A DNA stretch of 64,000 bases from Planctomycetota bacterium (lineage in GTDB: Bacteria; Planctomycetota; Brocadiia; SM23-32; JAKLEA01): contig JAKLEA010000028.1 of assembly GCA_022711755.1 (NCBI GenBank), forward strand, positions 3,020-67,019. The letters are read 5' to 3'. The translations under genes and the position numbers were made by a program. A model generated the notes under the pieces. It was not told where the DNA came from. It was given only the letters and a program-made list of their open reading frames with translations, and did not search any database. This document shows, in pieces, positions 27,058-34,281 of this stretch; positions within the stretch are counted from its first letter, which is position 1; each line of letters opens with the position of its first letter.

Positions 27058-27235
27058 GAAAATGAGCGACAGCCGGGATTTGCATTTCACTTTAATGGTA
27101 ATATGCTTAATGGCTATTCTGGTGTCAATGCGTCCGGTGATGCCGCCGGCGATCCGGTCATTCGGGCCGGCGGACGGCGGCGCCCATGCGGAATTGCGCG
27201 GAGTGTCCTCCGGGGAACATGAGGAGATAAGGAAA

Positions 27236-29215
27236 GTGAATCGGAGAGTTATCAGTCGCATGGTCATTTTGTCGCAGGTTGTCCTCGCATTTTGTTTCTT
27301 TTCCTCCTGCGGGGGGGATGATGCTGATCCGGGATTCAAGGCGCGGCGGGAGAAGTATTTCGCCGGGATCAGCGACAAAGCGGGGGGATGTTGGGGCGCG
27401 GTGGCGCGCCTGGCGGCGGGGAAGAGCGCCGACCTCGGCGCGCTTGAGGCGGAACTGAACAGCATTAAGAATGTCGAAGACTGCTCGGACTTCAGGATAT
27501 GCGGACTGGTCAGGTTGTCCTACCTTTACGGGAAGGACAAACGCCTGAGCGGGGACATGAAGGCCACAGTCAAGCGGACTCTGTTGAATTTCAAGTATTG
27601 GATTGACGAACCGGGCAACGATAGCATGTGCTACTGGTCGGAAAATCACCAGATTCTTTTCCACTCGAATGAATATCTGGCGGGGAACCTGTATCCCGAC
27701 GAGGTCTTTCCGAATGCGAAGATGACGGGGAAGGACCACGTCAAGAAGGGCAAACGGCTGGTTGAGCAATGGCTGGGATGGCGGGAGCGTTTTGGGTTCT
27801 CGGAGTGGTTTTCGAACTGCTACTACGAGGAGGACCTATGGCCGCTGCTGAATCTTGTGGACTTTGCGCCGGACGCGGAAATCAGGGAGCGGGCGGCGAT
27901 GGCGGTGGATCAGTTGGCTTTAAATATGGCGCTGAACTCCTATCGCGGCATGTTCATGTGCACGCATGGAAGGTCATACGAACGACACAATAAGTCAGCT
28001 CGCGGCGACAGTCTGAAGAAGTTCTCGTGGCTGGCCTGGGGCGTCAGGGAACTTACCGACGACATGGCGGGAGACAGCGGAAGCGCGACGTGCCTTGCGA
28101 CGTCGAAGTATGCGCTGCCGCCAGCCATACGCCTCATCGGACAGGATACGGAAGCGACATTGGAGAATTACCAGTGGAACGGCATAAAAATCGAGGAAGC
28201 GCCGGAGCTTGGTTTGCCCTATGACGACATCGAGAACGGGATGTATTTCTGGGGCATGGAGACGCAGACGCATCCGAAGGTTGTGAAGACCACGATTAAG
28301 ATGTTCACGGCTTATAACCTCTGGGAAAACAAGTTCTTCGGAGGGCTTGGCGGGGCTACAAAGGCGCTGGCGGAGTCGGGGATGCTGGAAAAGATTCTGA
28401 CCAGCCGCACCCCGGCCTCGGCAGGGGCGTATCTGGACGACGCGAGGACGTATGGGTACCGCACGCCGGATTACTTTCTTTCGAGCGTTCTTGACAGGAG
28501 ACCGGGCCAGATCGGCGCCCAGCACCTTTACTGGACGGCGGTTCTTGGGATTGACGCGATTGTTTTCACGCAGCATCCCGGTTCAATCGGCGTGGGCATA
28601 GAGCAAACCGGGCATCCAAGTTACTGGACGGGCAATGGTGCTTCTCCGCGCACGGCGCAGTTCAAAAATGTTCTCGTCGCCATCTACAACGCACCCATGA
28701 AGACAACGACCGGCGAGGGCGCGCGTTATAAGTTCACCCACGCATGGTTCCCGAAGGATGCATTCGACGAGGTGGCTGAGAAGGGGAACTGGGTAATCGG
28801 CAGGAAGGGCAAAGGATACGTCGCGCTCTATTCCTTCCAGAAGCCGGAATTCAGGAAGGACGGCGCGGACGCGGGAAAAGAAATCATCGCGCAGGGGCTT
28901 CAGAACTGCTGGCTGTGCGAGATGGGGCGGGAGGAGACTGACGGGTCTTTCAAGCAGTTTGTCGAAAAGGTTTCTTCGTCCGCAGTGTCGTTCGAGAAAC
29001 TGAATCTGACGTATCAGTCGCCAAGCGCGGGCGAGGTGAAGTTCGGGTGGAAGGGACCGTTCACCGTTGCGGGAAAAGAGGTCGAATTGAACCGCCCGAT
29101 GCGCTACGACAATCCATATTGCCGGGCGGAGCGGTTTGCGAAGAAGATAGTCGTGGAGTGCAAGGGGAAGAAGCTGACACTGGACTGGGAGAATGGGAAA
29201 CGGACGGTCGAGTAG
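27236..29215 (+). CDS. putative lipoprotein, uncharacterised helical-repeat (alpha/alpha-toroid-like) protein
   Basis: ORF track starts at 26861. GTG 27236 follows AGGAGATAAGGAAA and gives a lipoprotein signal NRRVISRMVILSQVVLAFCFFSSCGG. Motifs CYWSENHQILFHSNEYL and FSEWFSNCYYEEDLWPLLNL. No confident family. Confidence 0.5.
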   Translation: MNRRVISRMVILSQVVLAFCFFSSCGGDDADPGFKARREKYFAGISDKAGGCWGAVARLAAGKSADLGALEAELNSIKNVEDCSDFRICGLVRLSYLYGKDKRLSGDMKATVKRTLLNFKYWIDEPGNDSMCYWSENHQILFHSNEYLAGNLYPDEVFPNAKMTGKDHVKKGKRLVEQWLGWRERFGFSEWFSNCYYEEDLWPLLNLVDFAPDAEIRERAAMAVDQLALNMALNSYRGMFMCTHGRSYERHNKSARGDSLKKFSWLAWGVRELTDDMAGDSGSATCLATSKYALPPAIRLIGQDTEATLENYQWNGIKIEEAPELGLPYDDIENGMYFWGMETQTHPKVVKTTIKMFTAYNLWENKFFGGLGGATKALAESGMLEKILTSRTPASAGAYLDDARTYGYRTPDYFLSSVLDRRPGQIGAQHLYWTAVLGIDAIVFTQHPGSIGVGIEQTGHPSYWTGNGASPRTAQFKNVLVAIYNAPMKTTTGEGARYKFTHAWFPKDAFDEVAEKGNWVIGRKGKGYVALYSFQKPEFRKDGADAGKEIIAQGLQNCWLCEMGREETDGSFKQFVEKVSSSAVSFEKLNLTYQSPSAGEVKFGWKGPFTVAGKEVELNRPMRYDNPYCRAERFAKKIVVECKGKKLTLDWENGKRTVE

Positions 29216-29277
29216 GCAATCTGCGGAGCGGATTTCCGGCTTCGGACTCATATCTTGAGCAAGATCGCGCGAGGTAG

Positions 29278-29306
29278 GCGGTTTTCCGATGGAACTCGAA
29301 AACCGC
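29278..29306 (+). other. 9-bp perfect hairpin downstream of the 27236-29215 gene
   Basis: GCGGTTTTC (29278-29286) and GAAAACCGC (29298-29306) with an 11-nt loop. No U tract follows, so a terminator role is uncertain. Confidence 0.35.
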
Positions 29307-29337
29307 AGGATAATGTGAGCTTCTGAAGGGGACGAGC

Positions 29338-30852
29338 ATGCTTTACAAACCTTCCACAGGCCGTTTCAAGGACGGATACATCATATGGCACGAGGGCGTC
29401 TTCTATTTGTTCAGCATGTTCGGCCCCGGCCCTGAGGACCAGTTCCGCAGCGTGTGGCTGGCCAGTTCCGATGACGGCGTTCACTGGAAGCACGTCGGTC
29501 CCGTCATCGAGAACGCGCCTTTCAACATATGGGCCATGGCTGTTCATCGCGCCGGCGGACGGTTCATCATGAACCACGGCAGTTTCAGCCGCCCTGGAGT
29601 GCAGAACATCCTTCGCTTCTGGGAATCATCCGATCTGGTTCACTGGAAATATCTGGGTCGGGAGTCTGAAGTCACTCCGGACCCGCGCTGGCATGATCCG
29701 AACGGGCGTCTTGACTGTATGGCCGTCCTTTGCGTGACGGAGGACGGGCGCGAGCGCTATTACGGCTACGCCACCGGTCCGGGGGGATTCCTCCGGTCGG
29801 ATGACGGAATCAAGTGGGAGGGCATGCCGTCGCTGGAGATTGACTGGGGAGAGCCGGGACCGCCGCCCATGCAGAAGGATGAGGGTTTTCTGGAGATCGG
29901 GGGCTGCGAGCGGATTAACGGTCGGTTCTACCTCGTAGGCGGATGGTTCAACTACCTGGGTTTTACAGGCTACAATGTGTTCACGCTCGTCAGCGACAAT
30001 CCGACCGGCCCATTCCGTCCCGACCCCGGCGCATACCGCCTATGCGGAAACTCCCGGAGATGGGTGTCGCTGTGGGCGCGCTTCTGCCGGACGGACAGCG
30101 AACTGCTGGTAAATGGCTATATGTACGACGGTCATACCTACGAGAGCGGGCAGACGTGGTTGCCGCCGCTAAAGAGGGCTATCGTAGACGCTGGAGGGAG
30201 TCTGCGCCTGGGCTACTGGCGGGGCAATGACGCCATCAAAGGAGAAGCCATCCCAATTGACCTTGCCCGGACGCGCCCGGCCTTTCCGTCTGCGGAGAGC
30301 CAGACCTTCAAACGCCGCGCCGCGCTGACCAGTCTTGAACTTGAGATCGGGCCTGAGCAAGGTTCCATCCTCCGGGCTGAGGACCCGATAGCCGTCGTCA
30401 CGCTTGAAGCTGAGTGGGATTTTGACAAAGGGATTGTTCTTGAGGGAACCGTTAAGGCGACATGCCGCGATAAACGGCTCGCATCACCCGGCGCGGGCTT
30501 TCTTCTGGAGGAGAAACCGGGGGAAGGCACGGCCATATGGCTTCAGGGATTCGGTCTGACGCAGATCGGAAGCCTTGCGTGGTCCGACCGCGTGGCATTC
30601 ACCTTTGAGGATGTCGTCATCCCAGGCGGAGCGGCGAAGGCCGGTATCGCGCCGCACATTCCGCATGCGTTCCGCCTCTTTGCGCGGCGGAACATGTTCG
30701 AGTTTTATCTCGACGACCGGCTTGTCCAGACTTTCAACACGTCTCACGTTCCCGGAGTTCAGGGTTTGACCCCGCGGCGGATCGGTTTCCTCGCCCAGAA
30801 CGGCAGCGCGATATTTGAGAATCTCAGGGCGTGGCAGATGAATCTGGAGTAG
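29338..30852 (+). CDS. glycoside-hydrolase-like protein: five-bladed beta-propeller-like (GH32/43-like) N-terminal domain plus C-terminal LamG/jelly-roll domain
   Basis: 504 aa. SD GAAGGGGA. Propeller-like repeats (WHEGVFYLFSMF, SSDDGVHWKHVG, SSDLVHWKYLG, SDDGIKWEG). C-terminal FEFYLDDRLVQTF..AIFENLRAWQ. The family call is tentative. Confidence 0.5.
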   Translation: MLYKPSTGRFKDGYIIWHEGVFYLFSMFGPGPEDQFRSVWLASSDDGVHWKHVGPVIENAPFNIWAMAVHRAGGRFIMNHGSFSRPGVQNILRFWESSDLVHWKYLGRESEVTPDPRWHDPNGRLDCMAVLCVTEDGRERYYGYATGPGGFLRSDDGIKWEGMPSLEIDWGEPGPPPMQKDEGFLEIGGCERINGRFYLVGGWFNYLGFTGYNVFTLVSDNPTGPFRPDPGAYRLCGNSRRWVSLWARFCRTDSELLVNGYMYDGHTYESGQTWLPPLKRAIVDAGGSLRLGYWRGNDAIKGEAIPIDLARTRPAFPSAESQTFKRRAALTSLELEIGPEQGSILRAEDPIAVVTLEAEWDFDKGIVLEGTVKATCRDKRLASPGAGFLLEEKPGEGTAIWLQGFGLTQIGSLAWSDRVAFTFEDVVIPGGAAKAGIAPHIPHAFRLFARRNMFEFYLDDRLVQTFNTSHVPGVQGLTPRRIGFLAQNGSAIFENLRAWQMNLE

Positions 30853-30906
30853 GCGCGTCGCGCGCGCTGGATGCGGGGAGAGTTGCGGGATGCTTGCGGG
30901 ACTGCG

Positions 30907-30927
30907 CTGACAGTAGTATCCTGTCAG
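30907..30927. repeat. 7-bp inverted repeat CTGACAG-N7-CTGTCAG abutting the start codon of the small ORF
   Basis: CTGACAG at 30907-30913, spacer TAGTATC (contains the -10-like TAGTAT), CTGTCAG at 30921-30927, ATG at 30929. Confidence 0.5.
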
Positions 30928-30928
30928 T

Positions 30929-31117
30929 ATGAAGCGGAAGTTCCACATGAAAGATCCGTTTGTGGATGAAGTGCGCAAAGCCCGCATGGAACACACCCGG
31001 CAATTCAACTCCGATCTGCATCAGATATGCGAGGATTTGAGGAAATTTGAAGCCACGCTTGGCGACAGGATGGTGAATCCCAGGCAGCGCAAGCGTCGGA
31101 CGGAAAGGAACTCGTAA
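30929..31117 (+). CDS. small conserved-looking hypothetical protein (62 aa)
   Basis: KDPFVDEVRKARMEHTRQFNSDLHQICEDLRKFE resembles a widespread small-protein family that I recall only by pattern. Basic C-terminal tail. A 7-bp inverted repeat lies directly upstream. Confidence 0.45.
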   Translation: MKRKFHMKDPFVDEVRKARMEHTRQFNSDLHQICEDLRKFEATLGDRMVNPRQRKRRTERNS

Positions 31118-31208
31118 CGCGGTTTGGCGAGTGGCGATAAGTCCATCCCGCGTGTGCGAAACATCCAGTTTCGTATATCCTGCATGCTTTTCTGTGGCGT
31201 TCACCCCA

Positions 31209-31256
31209 TGTGCGCAAAACCTCAGACCTTCGGTCTTTCGGTTTCGCACACCCTAC
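31209..31256 (+). repeat. REP-like hairpin element ending in CACCCTAC (copy B)
   Basis: TGTGCG..AAAC..AGACC-TTC-GGTCT..GTTT-CGCACA nested hairpin at 31209-31250, followed by CCCTAC. Shares the AGACCTTCGGTCT core and the CGCACACCCTAC tail with 46736-46767. Confidence 0.6.
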
Positions 31257-31288
31257 ATTACGCACGCCGGCAATCCGGCTTTGTCGAA

Positions 31289-31317
31289 TTGACAGGAATT
31301 GCCCGCTCGAGTACGAT
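31289..31317 (+). promoter_or_regulatory. sigma-70-like promoter TTGACA-N17-TACGAT upstream of the pentapeptide-channel gene
   Basis: TTGACA at 31289-31294 and TACGAT at 31312-31317, about 70 nt upstream of ATG 31389. Confidence 0.35.
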
Positions 31318-31388
31318 CCGCCCATCAAATCCGGCGGCGGTCGCCGGGCTTACTTGCGTTTGCTGAGATTGGAAAGGTTGTCGCGCAT

Positions 31389-32882
31389 ATGGCCATGTGC
31401 GTCAGAGACGGGTGCGCCTGGGAGGCGTTATGGGGATCGAAGTATTGCGCGACGCACCTCGGGGAGGCAGGGGAGGAAACGATACGGGAGTGGCGTTCCT
31501 ACGTGCAGCAGAATGCGCAAAAGCTGGAAAAAGCGAGCCTGACGGGCGCGCCGCTTGACGGGATCAACCTGCGGGGGGCGAATCTGAAGGCGGCCAACCT
31601 TTTCGGGGCAAAACTTGACCGGGCCGACCTCGAATCCGCGAATCTCCAGGGCGCAAGGCTGACGGGGGCTTCCTTCAAGGGGGCGATTCTGGCCCGTGCG
31701 AATCTGACCGACGCGAAGGCAAGAGGGACGGATCTGGACAAGGCGGACCTGACGCGGGCGGTTCTCAAGGGCGCGGAGCTTTACGCGGCCAAATTGCGGG
31801 GCTCAAGGCTGCTCGGTACGGTACTTGCGGATTGCGACCTCAGGGAGGCAAAGCTTGAAGGCGCCATCATGCGGAAGGCGCGGCTGGACAACGCCATCCT
31901 GATCGAGGCGGACATGCAGCACGCCGATCTCGCCGGGGCCGCGCTGGAGGGCTGCGACCTGAGCAACGCCAACATGCGCGGCGCCAACCTCACGGGCGCG
32001 AGTTTCACGCGATACGTCAAGCTCCCCCGGTCCGCTCAGGCGACGCTGCTGAAGTTCGTCCTGACGTGGAGCGGCGGGGGATTATCGAAGATTTCGGCGA
32101 TTTTCCGGTTCATCCTCGTGCCGGCGCTGCTGGTGACAGTGCCGTTTCTGGCGATTGCCGCGACGAAGAATTCCGGGATTCCGTCATGGGCGTACATCCC
32201 TCTCCCGCTCTGGCCGATGATTCTGCTTGGGACTTATGCGGCGTTCTTTGCCGCTGCGCGAAAGCCGGAGGAGATGCGGGAGCAGGCGGCGAAGCGTTTC
32301 CCATTTCTAGGCGGGGTGCGCGCACCCCGGCGCGAGGGCGGGGACGCGCCGTCCGATCCGTCGTCTGAGTCGCCGGCAGAGCGGCAAATCAGCGGGGCTG
32401 AGCGATTGGCCGGGCGAATCCTCTATCCGACGGTCTGGAACGGCGCGGTTGTTGACTCGCTGGGCCCGTGCAATCCGCTGGACCTGCGCTACATAAAGGA
32501 TCAGAGCTATCTTGAGGCGTGGATTTCGCACATTTCCAGCAGTCGCTGGAAAAGGTTCTGGATGTTCGTCTGGGGGCTTTCGTGCGGTTATGGGGACAAC
32601 GTGTTGCTCTGGGTTTTCTGGGCGGCGCTTGGGCGGTTGAGCTTCGGCGCGACGTTCTTCATCGCGGGATCGGCGCTTATGGCGTCCGATCCGGCATTAA
32701 CGGCGGATGCCGCGACATCGTTTTACTCCAGCCTTGTTACGTTTATGACAATTGGGGCGGGGGACGCGGCTCCGGCGTCAGTGGCCGGGCGGATTGTGTT
32801 CACAATGCGCGATATTCTTGGGTACGTAATGTTGGCCGGTTTGTTGTCACTGCTGACGAAGCGGCTGGCAAGACTGGCGTGA
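31389..32882 (+). CDS. pentapeptide-repeat protein fused to a TM region and a K-channel-like pore domain
   Basis: ORF track gives 31299..32882. I prefer ATG 31389. N-terminal Cys motif CVRDGC..CATH. About 30 consecutive pentapeptide units (ANLKAANLFGAKLDRADLESANLQGARLTGASFKGAIL...). Hydrophobic helices. Pore-helix plus filter FYSSLVTFMTIGAGDAAP, followed by an inner helix. Confidence 0.75.
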   Translation: MAMCVRDGCAWEALWGSKYCATHLGEAGEETIREWRSYVQQNAQKLEKASLTGAPLDGINLRGANLKAANLFGAKLDRADLESANLQGARLTGASFKGAILARANLTDAKARGTDLDKADLTRAVLKGAELYAAKLRGSRLLGTVLADCDLREAKLEGAIMRKARLDNAILIEADMQHADLAGAALEGCDLSNANMRGANLTGASFTRYVKLPRSAQATLLKFVLTWSGGGLSKISAIFRFILVPALLVTVPFLAIAATKNSGIPSWAYIPLPLWPMILLGTYAAFFAAARKPEEMREQAAKRFPFLGGVRAPRREGGDAPSDPSSESPAERQISGAERLAGRILYPTVWNGAVVDSLGPCNPLDLRYIKDQSYLEAWISHISSSRWKRFWMFVWGLSCGYGDNVLLWVFWAALGRLSFGATFFIAGSALMASDPALTADAATSFYSSLVTFMTIGAGDAAPASVAGRIVFTMRDILGYVMLAGLLSLLTKRLARLA

Positions 32883-32947
32883 GGCGGCGGCAAGGTATGT
32901 GAGGACAGAGAAGCGCGTGACAGGTCCGTCTTCTGGCAGATCATATG

Positions 32948-32980
32948 AACCACAAAGGCACGAAGACACGAAGAACGGGG
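32948..32980 (+). repeat. 'HEDTK'-type intergenic repeat (copy 2)
   Basis: AACCACAAAGGCACGAAGACACGAAGAACGGGG, same orientation as copy 1. Followed by hairpins GCTTGC-N8-GCAAGC and ACGCTTCGC-N27-GCGAAGCGT. Confidence 0.6.
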
Positions 32981-33120
32981 GAAGCAGGATGGGAGCTTGC
33001 GGCTCGAAGCAAGCCGTCACCCAAGCGGAATTTTTGCATTGGCGCATTCACGCTTCGCTAAGAACTCACATTACTTTGCTTGTTTGCGAAGCGTCCTACA
33101 GCGCAGCGTGTGTACTCCAG

Positions 33121-34251
33121 TTATTTTCCGCATGTCAACCGGTAAATCTCCCACGCCACCGCGCCGTTGACGACGCCTGACGCAGGGAGGAGAGGGACGT
33201 CGTAACCTGCAATGGGCACGCAGGCGTCCGGCCAGTCCCACATGGGGTCAATCCAGACTACGCCATTGTCGGCGACGAAGTTCCGCTCCGAGCGCAGCGA
33301 AACGTAGACGACCTTCGTGCCCTTCGCCCGCGCGCGGCCAAGCAGGACGTTCGGCGGGTGCTGATAACCGATGTGAATCGCCACATCCCCATCGCCGTAT
33401 GGATCGTCCGGCTTTGGGTGACGGAATCCGGAATTCCAGACGGCGGACTTGAACGTCTTACCGATGTCGGTCCTCTCGATTTCGTCAGGGAAGAGGTGGC
33501 CCATGCTGTACATGTAGAGGCGCTTTCCGCCGGTCTTTGCCTCCCTGCACCATCCGCCCGCGCGATCAATGTTATCGCGTTGTTCTTTCTCGATCCTATG
33601 CAGCATTGCGCTGACGGCTTCGACGTAGCGATGCGCGATGAATCCGACCTCGACCGGCGGAACCTTCATGTCTTCATGGAAGAAAATTTCGCCGTTCTTA
33701 TACTTGTCAATGCGGGGCATGCCGTAGTAAGCCCCGATGCTCTCGTAGACGACCGGCATCTTCCCAATCCGGGTCAGGGCGGAGATCATCTCACCCGTGA
33801 ACAGCCACGCCGGGATGCAGACGGCAAGCGAAGGGGAAATCTTTCCGACTCCGGCATGATCGGAGAAAAACACGCCGTTGAAGCCTTTTGGTTTTGTGCC
33901 GAAGGCGACGACGAATGCCCCTGTTTCAGTCCATTTCGGGGAGTTGTCGGAGTCGGATTCGGGGAAATTCAGAATGACATCCGACGCGCCGATCTGGTCC
34001 TCCTTCAGGGGGCGAATGCCCATGAAGCCGCCGGCTCGTCCGGAGAGTTCGCTGATCATCGCGCGGCTTCCGGCAACCCAGAGTTTGCCGCCGGCGGCAA
34101 GGCGTTTCGCTGTCTCGTCGGCTGGAGCCTTCATCGCGGGGATATCCTTCCCGCATGCGTCCAGAACCTGAGCCGCGCGCAGAAGGCAGGAATCCTGAGC
34201 CTCTGCGCAGGCAGTGACGACAAGCATGGCCGGACAGATGAGCAGTTTCAT
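33121..34251 (-). CDS. putative lipoprotein of unknown function
   Basis: 376 aa. Signal plus lipobox MKLLICPAMLVVTAC. 30 nt downstream of the GH76-like gene on the same strand. No family recognised. Confidence 0.55.
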   Translation of the reverse strand: MKLLICPAMLVVTACAEAQDSCLLRAAQVLDACGKDIPAMKAPADETAKRLAAGGKLWVAGSRAMISELSGRAGGFMGIRPLKEDQIGASDVILNFPESDSDNSPKWTETGAFVVAFGTKPKGFNGVFFSDHAGVGKISPSLAVCIPAWLFTGEMISALTRIGKMPVVYESIGAYYGMPRIDKYKNGEIFFHEDMKVPPVEVGFIAHRYVEAVSAMLHRIEKEQRDNIDRAGGWCREAKTGGKRLYMYSMGHLFPDEIERTDIGKTFKSAVWNSGFRHPKPDDPYGDGDVAIHIGYQHPPNVLLGRARAKGTKVVYVSLRSERNFVADNGVVWIDPMWDWPDACVPIAGYDVPLLPASGVVNGAVAWEIYRLTCGK

Positions 34252-34281
34252 TTCGGTATCCTTTTTTGAACAAGTTGCCTT

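Noticed and set aside
27058-27465. N-terminal extensions proposed by the ORF track, for 25294-27465 (minus) and 26861-27235 (plus). The same applies to 61451-61939 (nadE), 62797-62973 (glnA), 22356-22475 (purO), 37188-37307 (rpsU) and 42891-43115 (metV).
   Set aside because: The extensions overlap neighbouring genes or promoters and are low-complexity. They precede internal starts that have good SD sequences and that begin exactly where the family-typical N-terminus or signal peptide begins.
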